This document shows positions 12,180-23,637 of a DNA stretch of 64,000 nucleotides, piece after piece (position 1 is the stretch's first letter; every line of letters begins with the position of its first letter). Below the pieces are notes generated by a model. That model saw nothing but the letters and a program-made list of their open reading frames with translations, was not told the DNA's origin and ran no database searches. The DNA comes from Octopus bimaculoides (taxonomy: Eukaryota): the NCBI RefSeq assembly GCF_001194135.2, contig NC_068995.1, positions 49,875,582 to 49,939,581 of the forward strand, given 5' to 3'. Both the position numbers and the translations under genes were made by a program.

Positions 12180-12745
12180 GTCACTTAGTCACTCATACAG
12201 TGGATGACACGCAAGTACTCATGAATTGCATTTCTGCTTCTTGCAAGGCATTTGGACTTGGCATTAGCCTGGACAAGACTCTTGTAATGTTCCAGCCTGC
12301 ACCAGGAAATCCACATGTGAAACCAGCTATCTTGGTTGAAGGAACTATTCTGAAGGTAGTCGACAAGTTTGTCTACCTGGGCAGCACACTCAGCCATTCT
12401 TGCTCCCTGGATGAGGAAATATCTTTTAGGTTGCAGAGAGCAACTAATTCCTTCCGGTCTCTTCAGTCTCGTGTCTGATCCCAGCATGGCATAACAAGGC
12501 AAACAAAAGTTGCTGTGTACCGTGCATGTGTACTGACATCGCTCCTCTACTCATGTGAGACATGGACCCTTTACAAGCGTCATGTAAGGGTCCTTGAACG
12601 CTTTCATCAGAGATGTCTCAGACACATTCTCAATGTTGGCTGGACCTCAAAAATTCCAGACACACAGGTCCTGAGGACAGCTGATATCTTGAGTATTGAG
12701 GCAATGGTGCACAAGCACCAGTTACATTGGACTGGACACCTTATT
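12180..12745 (+). mobile_element. RTE/BovB-type LINE reverse transcriptase fragment
   Basis: KAFGLGISLDKTLVMFQP..KFVYLGSTLS..SRV*SQHG..VYRACVLTSLLYSCETWTLY..LERFHQRCLRHILNV..WTGHL; one in-frame stop, no frameshift. Confidence 0.9.
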
Positions 12746-12920
12746 ACGTTCTGAGTTCAAAATTCCGTTGAGGTCGACTTTGCCTTTCATCCTTTTGGGG
12801 TCAATAAAGTAAGTACCAGCTAAGCACTGGGGTTGATATAATCAACTATTCACCTCCCCCAAATTACAGACCTTGTGCCTATAGTAAAAAGGATTATTAT
12901 TATTATTATTATTATTATTA
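12746..12920 (+). mobile_element. Nin/Deu-domain-like SINE inserted at the end of the RTE fragment
   Basis: gttcaaaattcc B-box-like, gaggtcgactttgcctttcatcc...gtcaataaagtaagtaccag (resembles the Nin/Deu domain), (ATT)n tail. Other copies at ~2160-2328(-), 31130-31365, 34965-35160(-), 42580-43090, 48785-48965(-), 49985-50215. Confidence 0.7.
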
Positions 12921-15021
12921 NNNNNNNNNNNNNNNNNNNNNNNNNNNNNNNNNNNNNNNNNNNNNNNNNNNNNNNNNNNNNNNNNNNNNNNNNNNNNNNN
13001 NNNNNNNNNNNNNNNNNNNNNNNNNNNNNNNNNNNNNNNNNNNNNNNNNNNNNNNNNNNNNNNNNNNNNNNNNNNNNNNNNNNNNNNNNNNNNNNNNNNN
13101 NNNNNNNNNNNNNNNNNNNNNNNNNNNNNNNNNNNNNNNNNNNNNNNNNNNNNNNNNNNNNNNNNNNNNNNNNNNNNNNNNNNNNNNNNNNNNNNNNNNN
13201 NNNNNNNNNNNNNNNNNNNNNNNNNNNNNNNNNNNNNNNNNNNNNNNNNNNNNNNNNNNNNNNNNNNNNNNNNNNNNNNNNNNNNNNNNNNNNNNNNNNN
13301 NNNNNNNNNNNNNNNNNNNNNNNNNNNNNNNNGAAGCCATGAGAGCCACTGCCTGGTACTGCATCCAGGCATTATTATTATTTATTATTATTATTATTTT
13401 ATGTAGCACAATGTAGCGTGTCACTGTTGTTGTTCATGTTGTTGTTGCTGAACACTGGGTCAGACCTGGTTAAGCAAACCAATGAATAGAAGCGTTATAG
13501 CAGAGAATGGCGTGTTCAACCATGCCTGCACCAGTTTTCATTCAGACAGGTGTATCTGTGACTAAATTGTTCCCTGTTTTTATTACGATGTTTGGGGGAA
13601 GGGGATATGGCTGATACTTCTAGTAGGTCAGGTGACCATAAAGAGGTTATAAGGTACAGCACAGGTTATGGGCTAACGTTTACGTAATGTGGCACAATGA
13701 TAAACAGAAGGTCATTTTAGTGCATGAAGTTTGAGCTTCAACAAGCTCTTGTATGCAAAATCTAATAATGAACAACCCAGGTTCAAATCCCACTGGAGGC
13801 AGGATTTTGGGAAGCAGCAGGAGGACACTTAGGAGTCATAACCTGGGTGGGTCTGGCTCCCATGGAGTGTCAGGTATAAGGGCCAAAAGACTTGTCGGAT
13901 GGGAGTTCTCTCCTCTGAAGATCTCTCCTGCTGTGTGCTCGCCTAGTGGCAAGTTTCTGATAATTATTATTTTCAAATACAAAACTGAAGGAAACACAAA
14001 CATAATTGTAAAAAGAAACAAAAGGGAAGGAAAAAAAGAGGAAGAAAGGAAAAAACATCCATTCAACATCAAGTACCTCAATTGGTCACACACCGCAAGG
14101 TTCAATGGAACCTACAGAAGCAAGCGAACAAGCTCATGGAATTACCATGGGCGATGGCAAGGTTAAGGCATTGGAACAGCCAAGCACCCTCACGGGCATC
14201 ACCTGATGCCTCAGTAGGGCAAGCTACCGATGGTGACAAGAACTTCGCTGTTAGTGGCCCAATGCCAAGGTTACTGTCGTATAACATGGGGAAATTGAAA
14301 CACTTAAATTACATTTCACTTGTCCCACTTACTTTCCTTCATTAATCCATTCATTTTTGCATCATTTAGTCTATTGATTATTCAGTCAGTCCATATCGAA
14401 TTTTGTTTGCCAGGTTCATTTACTGTCTTTTCTGGCACATGCCGATTATACTACATGTCTGAAGTATCACGTGTTAATTTTATCAAAAATCAACCGGTGA
14501 AAACTTGGAAAGTCCTAAATTGATGGCATAGTGACAGCAAAACAAACTCTCCATTTTTCTATTGAAGTCTTTCCGCACCCAAAATGCGTCATGGCCTTTG
14601 TCACTTTTTTTGTATGTCTTTGAAACTTTTCATTATAACTACTTTTCCTTTGTTATACACACACCTTTTCATGTTTGACTATAGTAAGTCTTAGCTCTGT
14701 CGTAGCATATTTAGGTCATTTTTCACTATTTGCTAGACATTAGCTTGCTGACTTTTGCTCTCTTTCCACATTGTAAAAACAACTTAGTCTTCTTCTCTTT
14801 CAGATCTCTCGTTTCATTCATAAACAACTGGCACTTGCTTTTGAGTCGCATACGTAGTCAGGGTTTTTCTAAAGCATCTTTTTCGTTGCCAATAGCTAGT
14901 CTGTCCTGCTGATACCTAAATGTTTCATCACCCACCAGCTTTTTACAACATCACTGACTGCTTGGCCATTAATTATACTGTATAAGGCAGCAAGCTACCA
15001 GAATTGTTAGCCAAAAATACG

Positions 15022-15460
15022 TGCAGGAGTGGCTGTGTGGTAAGAAGCTTGCTTCCCAACCACATGGTCCTGGGTTCAGTCCCACTGCATGGCACCTTGG
15101 GTAAATGTCTTCTACTATAACCTCAGGCCGGTCAAAACCTTGTGAGTGGATTTGGTACTGAAAGAAGCCCATCGTATATATATATATATACACACACACA
15201 TACACACACTTATATATATATATATATATACACATACATATATATCTATGTATATATTTGTGTATTTGTGTTTGTCTCCCCACCATCACTTGACAACCTA
15301 TGTTGGTGTGTTTACATTCCTGTAACTTAGCAGTTCAGCAAAAGAGACCAATAGAATAAGTACTAGGCTTACAAAGAATAAGTCCTGAGGTTGATTTGTT
15401 TAACTAAAGGCAGTGCTCCAATATGACCACAGTCAAATGATTGAAACAAGTAAAAGAATA
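15022..15460 (+). mobile_element. major composite SINE family, near full-length copy
   Basis: Head, internal microsatellite and tail ending gaaacaagtaaaagaat. Further copies at ~7500-7740, 18095-18250, 26905-27060, 33183-33312, 34430-34645, 36748-36906, 44045-44445, 54385-54540. Confidence 0.85.
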
Positions 15461-15469
15461 AACCAGACA

Positions 15470-16600
15470 AAATACTTAGCAACATTTTGTGTCTTTACAT
15501 TCTGAGTTCAAATTCCGCTGTGGTCAACTTTGCCTTTCATCTTTTCAGGGTCTATAAAATAAGTACCAGTCAATTACTGGGGCCACTGGGGCCACTGGGG
15601 CCAATGTAATCTACTACTTGTTTCCATTCTTGTTATTTTTAAAGTAATGGAGCTGGTAGAATCAAAGTGCATTGGACAAGATTCTTAAAGGCATTTCTAC
15701 TAGCTCTCTGAGTTCAAATTCCACTGAGGTCAACTTTGCCTTTCATCCTTTTGGACTCAATAAAATAAGTACCAATAAAGTACTGAGATCGATGCTGTTG
15801 ATTTCCCCTCCCCTCAAAACTGCTGGCCTTGCACCAAAATCAGAAAGAATTATCACTATTATTATCATTAACCCTTTTGATTACCAAACCGGCTGAAACT
15901 GGCTCTGGCTCTGAGTACAAATGTCTTGTTTTCATAAGTTTTGAATTAAAATTTTCCACCAAACTTTACTCATAATTTATGTTCCTAACACTAGCTTCAT
16001 GATAACTAAGTTATTTTACTAAATTCTTTGTTATATTTAAAATTAATTGAAAGAAACACAGAGCATCTCAAAATAACTACAGTCAGCTGGCAGAACCATT
16101 AGCAAGCTCAATAAAATGCTTAGTGGAATTTTGTCCATCGATGCATTCTGGGTTCAACTTTGGTTGACTTTGCCTTTCATCCTTTCAAGGTCGATGGAAT
16201 AAGTACTAGTTGAGCACTTGGGTTGACGTAATCAACTATCCCTCTCCTGGTAGAAACATTAAGAGTGCCAGACAATCCCTTGTCTGTATTTCTTCCATCT
16301 GGGTTTAAATCCAGCTGTGATCAAATTTGTCTTTAAACCTTTCCATAATCAATAAAATAATGTGCCAGACAAGTACTTGGGTTGACTTAATCTACAGTTC
16401 CCATCACCTCACCATCCTACAAAGAATCCAGGCCTTTTGCCTCTGTCAGAAAAAACTGATAAAAGCAGTGTATTGGTGGAATCATAAGAGCATTGGAAAA
16501 TACCTCGTTCCAGCTCATTATGTTCTGTGTTCAAATCTCAGCAAGGCTAACTTTAGCTTTCTTCCTTCTGGAGTTGATAAAATAAAATAGCAAGTAATGA
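15470..16600 (+). mobile_element. cluster of about 5 diverged Nin/Deu-like SINE copies, all plus strand, with a TTAA-CCC element at 15872-16075
   Basis: The module actttgcctttcatcc..aataagtacca recurs at ~15525, 15730, 16165, 16325, 16545. Confidence 0.7.
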
Positions 16601-17249
16601 AGTTTGTTTAATCAGTTAACAGCTTCCTTTGTAATTTTGACCATTGATCTTAAATTAGAAACATTATTGTTGTTAAATTCTTTGTGTCTTATTTCTTTAT
16701 ACTAAGGGAAAACAGCTGACATATTTAGGTAATTAGTCAAATTCCAGTTTGTCAGTGACCTACATCAGTAAACAATTGCACAACATAATTAATAAGTGTG
16801 GCAGTCAATAGAGTATGATGACTTATTACTTCACCTGTGCACAACACACCTGATGAATTTCTTTACTTTCCATTAAATAATTTCCATTACACAACATATA
16901 TTTTTGCTGTGTCAATCTATTGAATTTATTAAAAACCTTATTGTATTCTACACACTGTTCCCCAGATTTGCGTATTTGTGTGTGTGTCTTGTTCTTCATA
17001 TGGTGTATTTTCTATATACAATTTTTTCCTTCAATGCTCATAGAAAACATGGTCTCTTATAACACCCAACTCACTCTAATTGGTTAAGTAATTGTTGCTG
17101 CTGCTACTATCACTTTGATCTCCCTCGGCTGAAAAACAAATCTATGAACTCGTTTATAATGAGGTCAGACTGGTACTGAATTGATACAGATAGGAGTTCA
17201 CCAAGGCTTGATCCTCATCCCCCTCCTATTCATTATCATCTTCCAAACC

Positions 17250-17570
17250 CTAACAGAGAACAACAATATGCTGATGATCTTGCCCTGATGATAGCAGAAT
17301 CTGTAACAGAATTAGGAAAGAAATTTCAGGTGTGGAAACAAAACCTGGAATCAAAGAGTCTTAAAGTGAACTTAACAAAGACCAAGATCCTAGTAAGCAA
17401 GAAATCAGACAGGATCCTTTACTCTTCAGGTAAATGGTCCTATTCACTATGTAGGAAGAGTCTAGGCAGAAATTCCACTTAGTGTACCCAGTGCAAGCAA
17501 TGGACACACAAGAGGTACAGTGGAATAGAAGGAAGGTTAACGGAGAAAGTAGCGTTTGCATGTGATAGAT
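17250..17570 (+). mobile_element. RTE-clade LINE RT fragment (YADD) with Cys-rich insertion
   Basis: YADDLALMIAES..KFQVWKQNLESKSLKVNLTKTKILVS..CRKSLGRNS..CTQCKQWTHKR.SGI. Confidence 0.85.
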
Positions 17571-17650
17571 GTATATATATATATATGTTTATGTATGTGT
17601 ATATGTATATATGTGTATATGTATATATGTATATATGTGTCATCAGCTGT

Positions 17651-17695
17651 CGGACGCCGACGAAGGGAAATAACCCTGAAATCCGGATACGTTCG
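17651..17695 (+). ncRNA. minimal type-I hammerhead ribozyme motif (U4C variant)
   Basis: CGGACG-CCGACGA-AGGG(AAAUAA)CCCU-GAA-AUCCGGAU-A-CGUUCG: 6-bp stem I, 4-bp stem II, palindromic stem III. Confidence 0.75.
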
Positions 17696-17898
17696 TGCTG
17701 CAGATCGAGGTGAGAGGGATAACTTTCCTTGGCAAACAGGACACAGTCGTGTGTCGATAAGCCAGCTGGAGGAGATGTCCTCCTGGGGCTAAAAGCAACA
17801 GTAACATCCACCCCTAGGGGTCAGCCACACTTAAGTGGCAATATACTACACTTTATCGTGCAGTTACTGTTAATACTTCATTTAGAGAATTAACATTG

Positions 17899-18015
<117 letters not shown>

Positions 18016-18023
18016 GTATATAT

Positions 18024-18057
<34 letters not shown>

Positions 18058-18530
18058 ATATGTATATGTATATATATATGTGTGTGTGTGTGTAACAGAC
18101 TTCTTTCAGTTTCCATCAACCAAATCCACTCACAAGTCTTTGGTTGGCTCAAGGCTATAGTAGAAGACACTTGCGCAAAGTACCACGCAGTGGGACTGAA
18201 CCTGGAACCATGTGGTTGGGAAGCAAACCTCTTACAACACTGCCCGTGCCCACTCCTTATAAAACTATATATTGTATTGTATATAAATATATGTTTCAAG
18301 CAATCTGTTTATGTTGTGAACAGTAGCAGTTGAATATTGTTGGTAGCTATGTGGGAACAATCATGTAACAAAAGTAGAGTCTGATAAATTAGGTTTCTGA
18401 CAATTTATGACAACCTGCTGTGTGACAGAAAACAGAGGGGAAGCCATTAAAGAGATTGCTTAAAATGCTCCTGTTAGAATCACAAAGCAGGTGGTGGGAG
18501 GTCATACCTTTCACCAATACACATTTTCCT

Positions 18531-18594
<64 letters not shown>

Positions 18595-18676
18595 AGTATA
18601 CACACCACTGCCACTGCAACCACCAACAACTACAACAATGCATACAGACACACACTATGACTACCACTAACAATAT

Positions 18677-18709
<33 letters not shown>

Positions 18710-18879
18710 GCACACGCACACGCACACACACACACACACAAGACACATGCTCTCTTAGATGCTGTCCAATCGGATCAGGGAATTGTTCACTAGACCATGT
18801 CTACCTGATTTTCTTAAGGGAAATTTAAAGGAGAGAGATTCATCATATTCTTACATGCATATACAAATACATCATATGC

Positions 18880-18909
18880 ATATACACATATATATACACA
18901 TATATATAC

Positions 18910-18942
<33 letters not shown>

Positions 18943-19080
18943 TACATACATACATACATACATATATACATACATACATACATACACACATACATACATA
19001 CATACATACATACATACATACATACACACATACATACATACATACATACATACATACATACATACATACATACATACATA
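18880..19080. repeat. (CATA)n/(CA)n microsatellite
   Basis: Directly visible. (GATA)n at 33975-34050 and 37625-37678, (TCTA)n at 39550-39645, (GTA)n at 36337-36408, plus many (TA)n tracts. Confidence 0.95.
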
Positions 19081-19279
19081 GCATATTTCTTATTGTGAAG
19101 AAAGTGACCTATTAAAATTCAAGAGAGAAAACCAAATATTTATTCGCAAGTTTTCTCAAGAGAAATTTAAAGAATGAACATTTAAAATTTTCTTTGAATA
19201 GAAGGAATTTATTGTATTTGGAAAGATTGCTTAATGTCTTTAATGATCATGTGGGAAATATATGTGTACATACATACAT

Positions 19280-20340
19280 ACTAGGAAGTTAGTTTTTGTT
19301 TGTGGCAGATGTTCAGGTGCAATAAAAACTGTAAACAAACAGGAAACAACTTCTATCTCATTCCAGGGTGAAAAACTAGAGCTAGTCGATAGCTTCCGCT
19401 ATCTGGACGACCAAGTTAGTAGTGGGGGTGGGTGCGCTGAAAGTGTAGCTGCTAGAATAAGAATAGCCTGGGCAAAGTTTAGAGAGCTCTTACCCCTGCT
19501 GGCGACAAAGGGACTCTCACTCAGAGTAAAAGGCAGACTGTATGACGCATGTGTACGAACAGCCATGCTACATGGCAGTGAAACATGGGCTGTAACTGCT
19601 GAGGACATACGTAAGCTCGCNNNNNNNNNNNNNNNNNNNNNNNNNNNNNNNNNNNNNNNNNNNNNNNNNNNNNNNNNNNNNNNNNNNNNNNNNNNNNNNN
19701 NNNNNNNNNNNNNNNNNNNNNNNNNNNNNNNNNNNNNNNNNNNNNNNNNNNNNNNNNNNNNNNNNNNNNNNNNNNNNNNNNNNNNNNNNNNNNNNNNNNN
19801 NNNNNNNNNNNNNNNNNNNNNNNNNNNNNNNNNNNNNNNNNNNNNNNNNNNNNNNNNNNNNNNNNNNNNNNNNNNNNNNNNNNNNNNNNNNNNNNNNNNN
19901 NNNNNNNNNNNNNNNNNNNNNNNNNNNNNNNNNNNNNNNNNNNNNNNNNNNNNNNNNNNNNNNNNNNNNNNNNNNNNNNNNNNNNNNNNNNNNNNNNNNN
20001 NNNNNNNNNNNNNNNNNNNNNNNNNNNNNNNNNNNNNNNNNNNNNNNNNNNNNNNNNNNNNNNNNNNNNNNNNNNNNNNNNNNNNNNNNNNNNNNNNNTT
20101 TCGAGCGTGGCCGTTGCCAGTATCGCCTGACTGGCCTTCGTGCAGGTGACACGTAAAAGCACCTACTACACTCTCTGAGTGGTTGGCGTTAGGAAGGGCA
20201 TCCAGCTGTAGAAACTCTGCCAAATTTAGATTGGAGCCTGGTGTTGCCATCCGGTTTCACCAGTCCTCAGTCAGATCGTCCAACCCATGCTAGCATGGAA
20301 AGTGGACGTTAAACGACGATGATGATGATGATGATGATGA
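19280..20340 (+). mobile_element. 5'-truncated RTE LINE: RT C-terminus, assembly gap, 3'UTR ending in (GAT)n
   Basis: VFVCGRCSG..LELVDSFRYL.DQVSSGGG..ARIRIAWAKFRELLPLL..LYDACVRTAMLHGSETW; 3'UTR 20099-20340 ends ggacgttaaacgacgatgatgat. Confidence 0.88.
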
Positions 20341-20349
20341 TACATATGT

Positions 20350-21480
20350 AGGAGGTACATTCCAGAAGTTTTAAGACTCTTTTAGGCGAGGCAGTTACAA
20401 GTGTCCTAGATTATTGTACATACTGTATATCATTAAAATACATTGAATAGGTTGATTTGTTGACATGTTGTATTCAAGATTGAAGGTGTAACAATACTTT
20501 GAATGGACTAGAAACTGCTTGCAGCAGTTCACTAGTTTAATAGAATGCAGTCAGTGTGTGAAAACAATATGGAAGAGTTTTGTGTTAAACTGAACAAAAA
20601 AGCCATAGAAACTTATGAAATTCTCCAGACTGGTCATGGATTAACTTGTATGGGCTGAACATCCGTTTGAGACAAGAAGTTCAAGGACAATAGAGAGGAG
20701 GCAAGAGATGATGGGTGGTGTGTGGGGGAGGATGACATCAAAACATCAGAACTGGTTGAGAAAATCCGCAGTTTTCTAGATGAGGACCATCATGTGTCTA
20801 TAAAGACAATAAGTATACAGTTCGGAATTGGTGCGACAACTGTACATGGAATTATTCATGAAGAACTGAACATGCCCAAAATTTGTGCAGTTTGTTCCCT
20901 GGGAGCTCAGTAACAAGCAGAAGAAAAGACCCAGTGACAGCAGGATATTTGTTGGACTCATTACCTCCAATCCCAGAGTACTTGATTCTCTGGAAGCCTG
21001 TGACAAAAGCTGCGTTTAGTGCTATGGTTGAGTGACCATGAGACAGAAGGCTCAATAGAAGCATCCTGGCTCCCCTCTAGATCCAAGAAGGCCAGGTAAA
21101 GCAAGTCTACTGGGAAACTCATGATGATCCCCTTTTCTGACAGCTGGGACATCATGGGTTCCTTCTGACCAGATGGTCAATAAAGAGTACTTTGTGAAGG
21201 TTTTGAGGAAGGTCAGAAAGCGATATCATTGCAAAAGGCCAGAGCTTTTTCACTCAGGTTTTGTGACACCTGCACCAGGACAATGCATCAACCAACAATT
21301 CCATCCTGGTAACCAACTACTTCACAGAGATGAGCATCAAAACTCTCCCTTAACCTCCCTGCAGTCAAGACCTTAATCCTTGTGACATTTGGTTGTCCCC
21401 CGCCCCAGCTGAAGGAGAATCTCAGGGGCAATTGTTTTGAAGACATTGAGAGGATGAAGGAAGATGCCAGCTTCAAAAAG
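20350..21480 (+). mobile_element. degraded mariner element
   Basis: Frameshifted transposase pieces: ELVEKIRSFLDEDHHVSIKTISIQFGIG..IIHEELNM; KSTGKLMMIPF; VNKEYFVKVLRKVRKR; HQDNA; SQDLNPCD; LKENLRGNCFEDIE. Confidence 0.88.
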
Positions 21481-22093
21481 CACCATCCCTCAACACAGTA
21501 CGAAAAGCTACACAACCTCTCACTTTTCTCATCTCATACTTTTAAAAGCAACAATTATGTTTTTCTGTTTCAATTAAACTATTTCAGATAATCTGTTTTA
21601 AATCTCTGAGCGAGAGATATAAAATATGAATAAAATTTTTTTATATCTTCGTACCTCTCTTGTACTCTCTCACCTGTTTTCAAAGCATAAAAAAATGGCT
21701 GTGGTAAAATATTTGAAATATTTAACATTGAACATTGACTTCAATGTGCATTTTTCAATGGTTGAATTAAAAACTACACTACAGGGGTATTTTTTTATTA
21801 GCTTACTCTGGAGTAAGATGATGGAATTAGTTGAGTATATAAGAAATGACAAGCAAGTCGAGAGTATGATTAAAATTTTGTTCGTTTTTCAATTAACATT
21901 ATTTTTAACACTAAATTTTTTTTCTCTTTTTTTTCAGAATGAAATTAATTTAAAGAAAGCAATAAAATAAAACACTGAAATTAGCTAAATCAGCAAAAAA
22001 GAAAAGAAGCAAAAAAGCAAAGCAAATCGAAAAATCAGGATTTTTTTTTTTTTGTTCATAATCTCAAATCCATTTGATATTTTGTATGAAAGA

Positions 22094-23170
22094 ATGATGG
22101 TAGCCACACCAATAACAGAGCAGCTCTCCACAAAGTGTTCCAAACATCATATTGATGTCACCTCTGATGTTGATGATAGTCTGAAAGTGTTCGCAAATGG
22201 TGACAGTGAGATTTCACTGATTCAGAAAGCTAAGATTAAGAAAACTGAAGAGAAAAAAGCTGATAGTGAGAAACTAGAAGAAAACAGTCAAAGCGATTCT
22301 ATGTTGACTGATGATGGTGACACAGAAACCAGCAGCATTGGGTCAAACAAAGGGTCGAATGGATTGATTACAGATGAAATTAAAGTCGACGAACAAGTGA
22401 TTGAAAAGAAAATTAAAAAGAAATATTATTGGTATGGCAACCATAAACTAGTGAAACCCATCAAAGACATTCCCCCACGATTCCAACAGATGCTGGCAGA
22501 AACTAATGCTGAAAAAATGCGATGTGAAGGACGACCAATCATTCTACAACAGCAGATTGACCAAAACCGAAATGATGTAAACATTACGTCAACGTCTTTT
22601 AATCCAGAAGCACAATGTTTTATTCCTAACGAAATATTTGACAAGATGGACGCTAACATTAAGGACATGTCATTGCCCATGACAAACAGAGTAAACAACA
22701 GTAGCAGCAGTGACAGTAGCAGCAGTTGCAGTAGTAACAGTAGTAATACCAGTAACAGTATGGTGTGTAGCAGATCTGGATGTGGTAATGTAGTCAGTGG
22801 TACTCATTCTGAAATGCTATCACCTGTCAATGGAGCACACGTGCCCTTCTCAGCGAGTCCTATATACACAATACACATTTACAGCTCAGCGAACACTCCA
22901 ATGGCAAATGCAAACATTACTTCCTCTGCTAACCCTTGCTGCATGCATGCCACCAATTCATGTGCTAACATGTACACCTCAGCAAACAACCAGCAACCAT
23001 TACAAGCACCAGTGTATTACACCTCGCAGCCGTTTTCACAGCCAACCTATGCAACAGCCGAATATCAACCATTCAGACATTCTGCAAATCATGCCCAGTC
23101 GGTCCAGTATGCTCCTTGTATTACTTATACTCAAAATCACCAATATCCGTTAGCTGCAATGCCTCATTAA
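22094..23170 (+). CDS. uninterrupted ~358-aa ORF, unknown protein with PAM2-like and PPRF motifs and a S/N- then Q/P/Y/A-rich low-complexity tail; single-exon gene or large terminal exon
   Basis: About 1.1 kb stop-free, non-repetitive frame in AT-rich DNA; motifs KYYWYGNHKLVKPIKDIPPRFQQML and TSFNPEAQCFIP. A T-tract at ~22042-22054 whose first downstream AG is 22091-22092 could be a splice acceptor. Confidence 0.8.
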   Translation: MMVATPITEQLSTKCSKHHIDVTSDVDDSLKVFANGDSEISLIQKAKIKKTEEKKADSEKLEENSQSDSMLTDDGDTETSSIGSNKGSNGLITDEIKVDEQVIEKKIKKKYYWYGNHKLVKPIKDIPPRFQQMLAETNAEKMRCEGRPIILQQQIDQNRNDVNITSTSFNPEAQCFIPNEIFDKMDANIKDMSLPMTNRVNNSSSSDSSSSCSSNSSNTSNSMVCSRSGCGNVVSGTHSEMLSPVNGAHVPFSASPIYTIHIYSSANTPMANANITSSANPCCMHATNSCANMYTSANNQQPLQAPVYYTSQPFSQPTYATAEYQPFRHSANHAQSVQYAPCITYTQNHQYPLAAMPH

Positions 23171-23440
23171 TTTGCAGTCAAAGCGTTACCCTCTTCCACT
23201 TAGGGGAGAATTGAAGATTTCAACATCAGAAAATATCGAATGTTGTGTCTCAGGAATTAGACCATTTAGAGTGACCGACTGATCTCAACGCATTCATATT
23301 ATGGAAACTTGTTAGCAACACTGACCAACTGACCGTAGCTATATTGCTGTTATAGAAACTGACACTGACCACAACTATATAGATGTGAGCACTGACTGCA
23401 ATTGTGCTGAAATACATTTTGACATTGACCACAGCTAACG

Positions 23441-23637
23441 TAATGTGGCTGTCCTGGAAGGGATGATTATTACTGTTGTTTAGCACCAGGAAACATCATG
23501 TCCAGCTGGCTACACAACACAATATCTGTGTCCTTATATATTGTCGTAAAAGATATTGTGCCATATAGCCAACTGGAAATGCTGTTTCCTAGGGCTAAAC
23601 AACAGTAACATTCGTCCCTTCCAGGACAGCCACATTA
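23441..23637. repeat. inverted repeat, 72-bp arms, 270 nt downstream of the 22094 ORF stop
   Basis: Arms 23441-23512 and 23566-23637 with 8 differences, plus an inner 10-bp stem cacaatatct/agatattgtg. Confidence 0.9.

Noticed and set aside
13753-14930. GC-richer ORFs of 60-137 aa and a coding-like minus-strand stretch at 14730-14910
   Set aside because: No recognisable motifs and interrupted by stops; probably old TE debris that I cannot classify.
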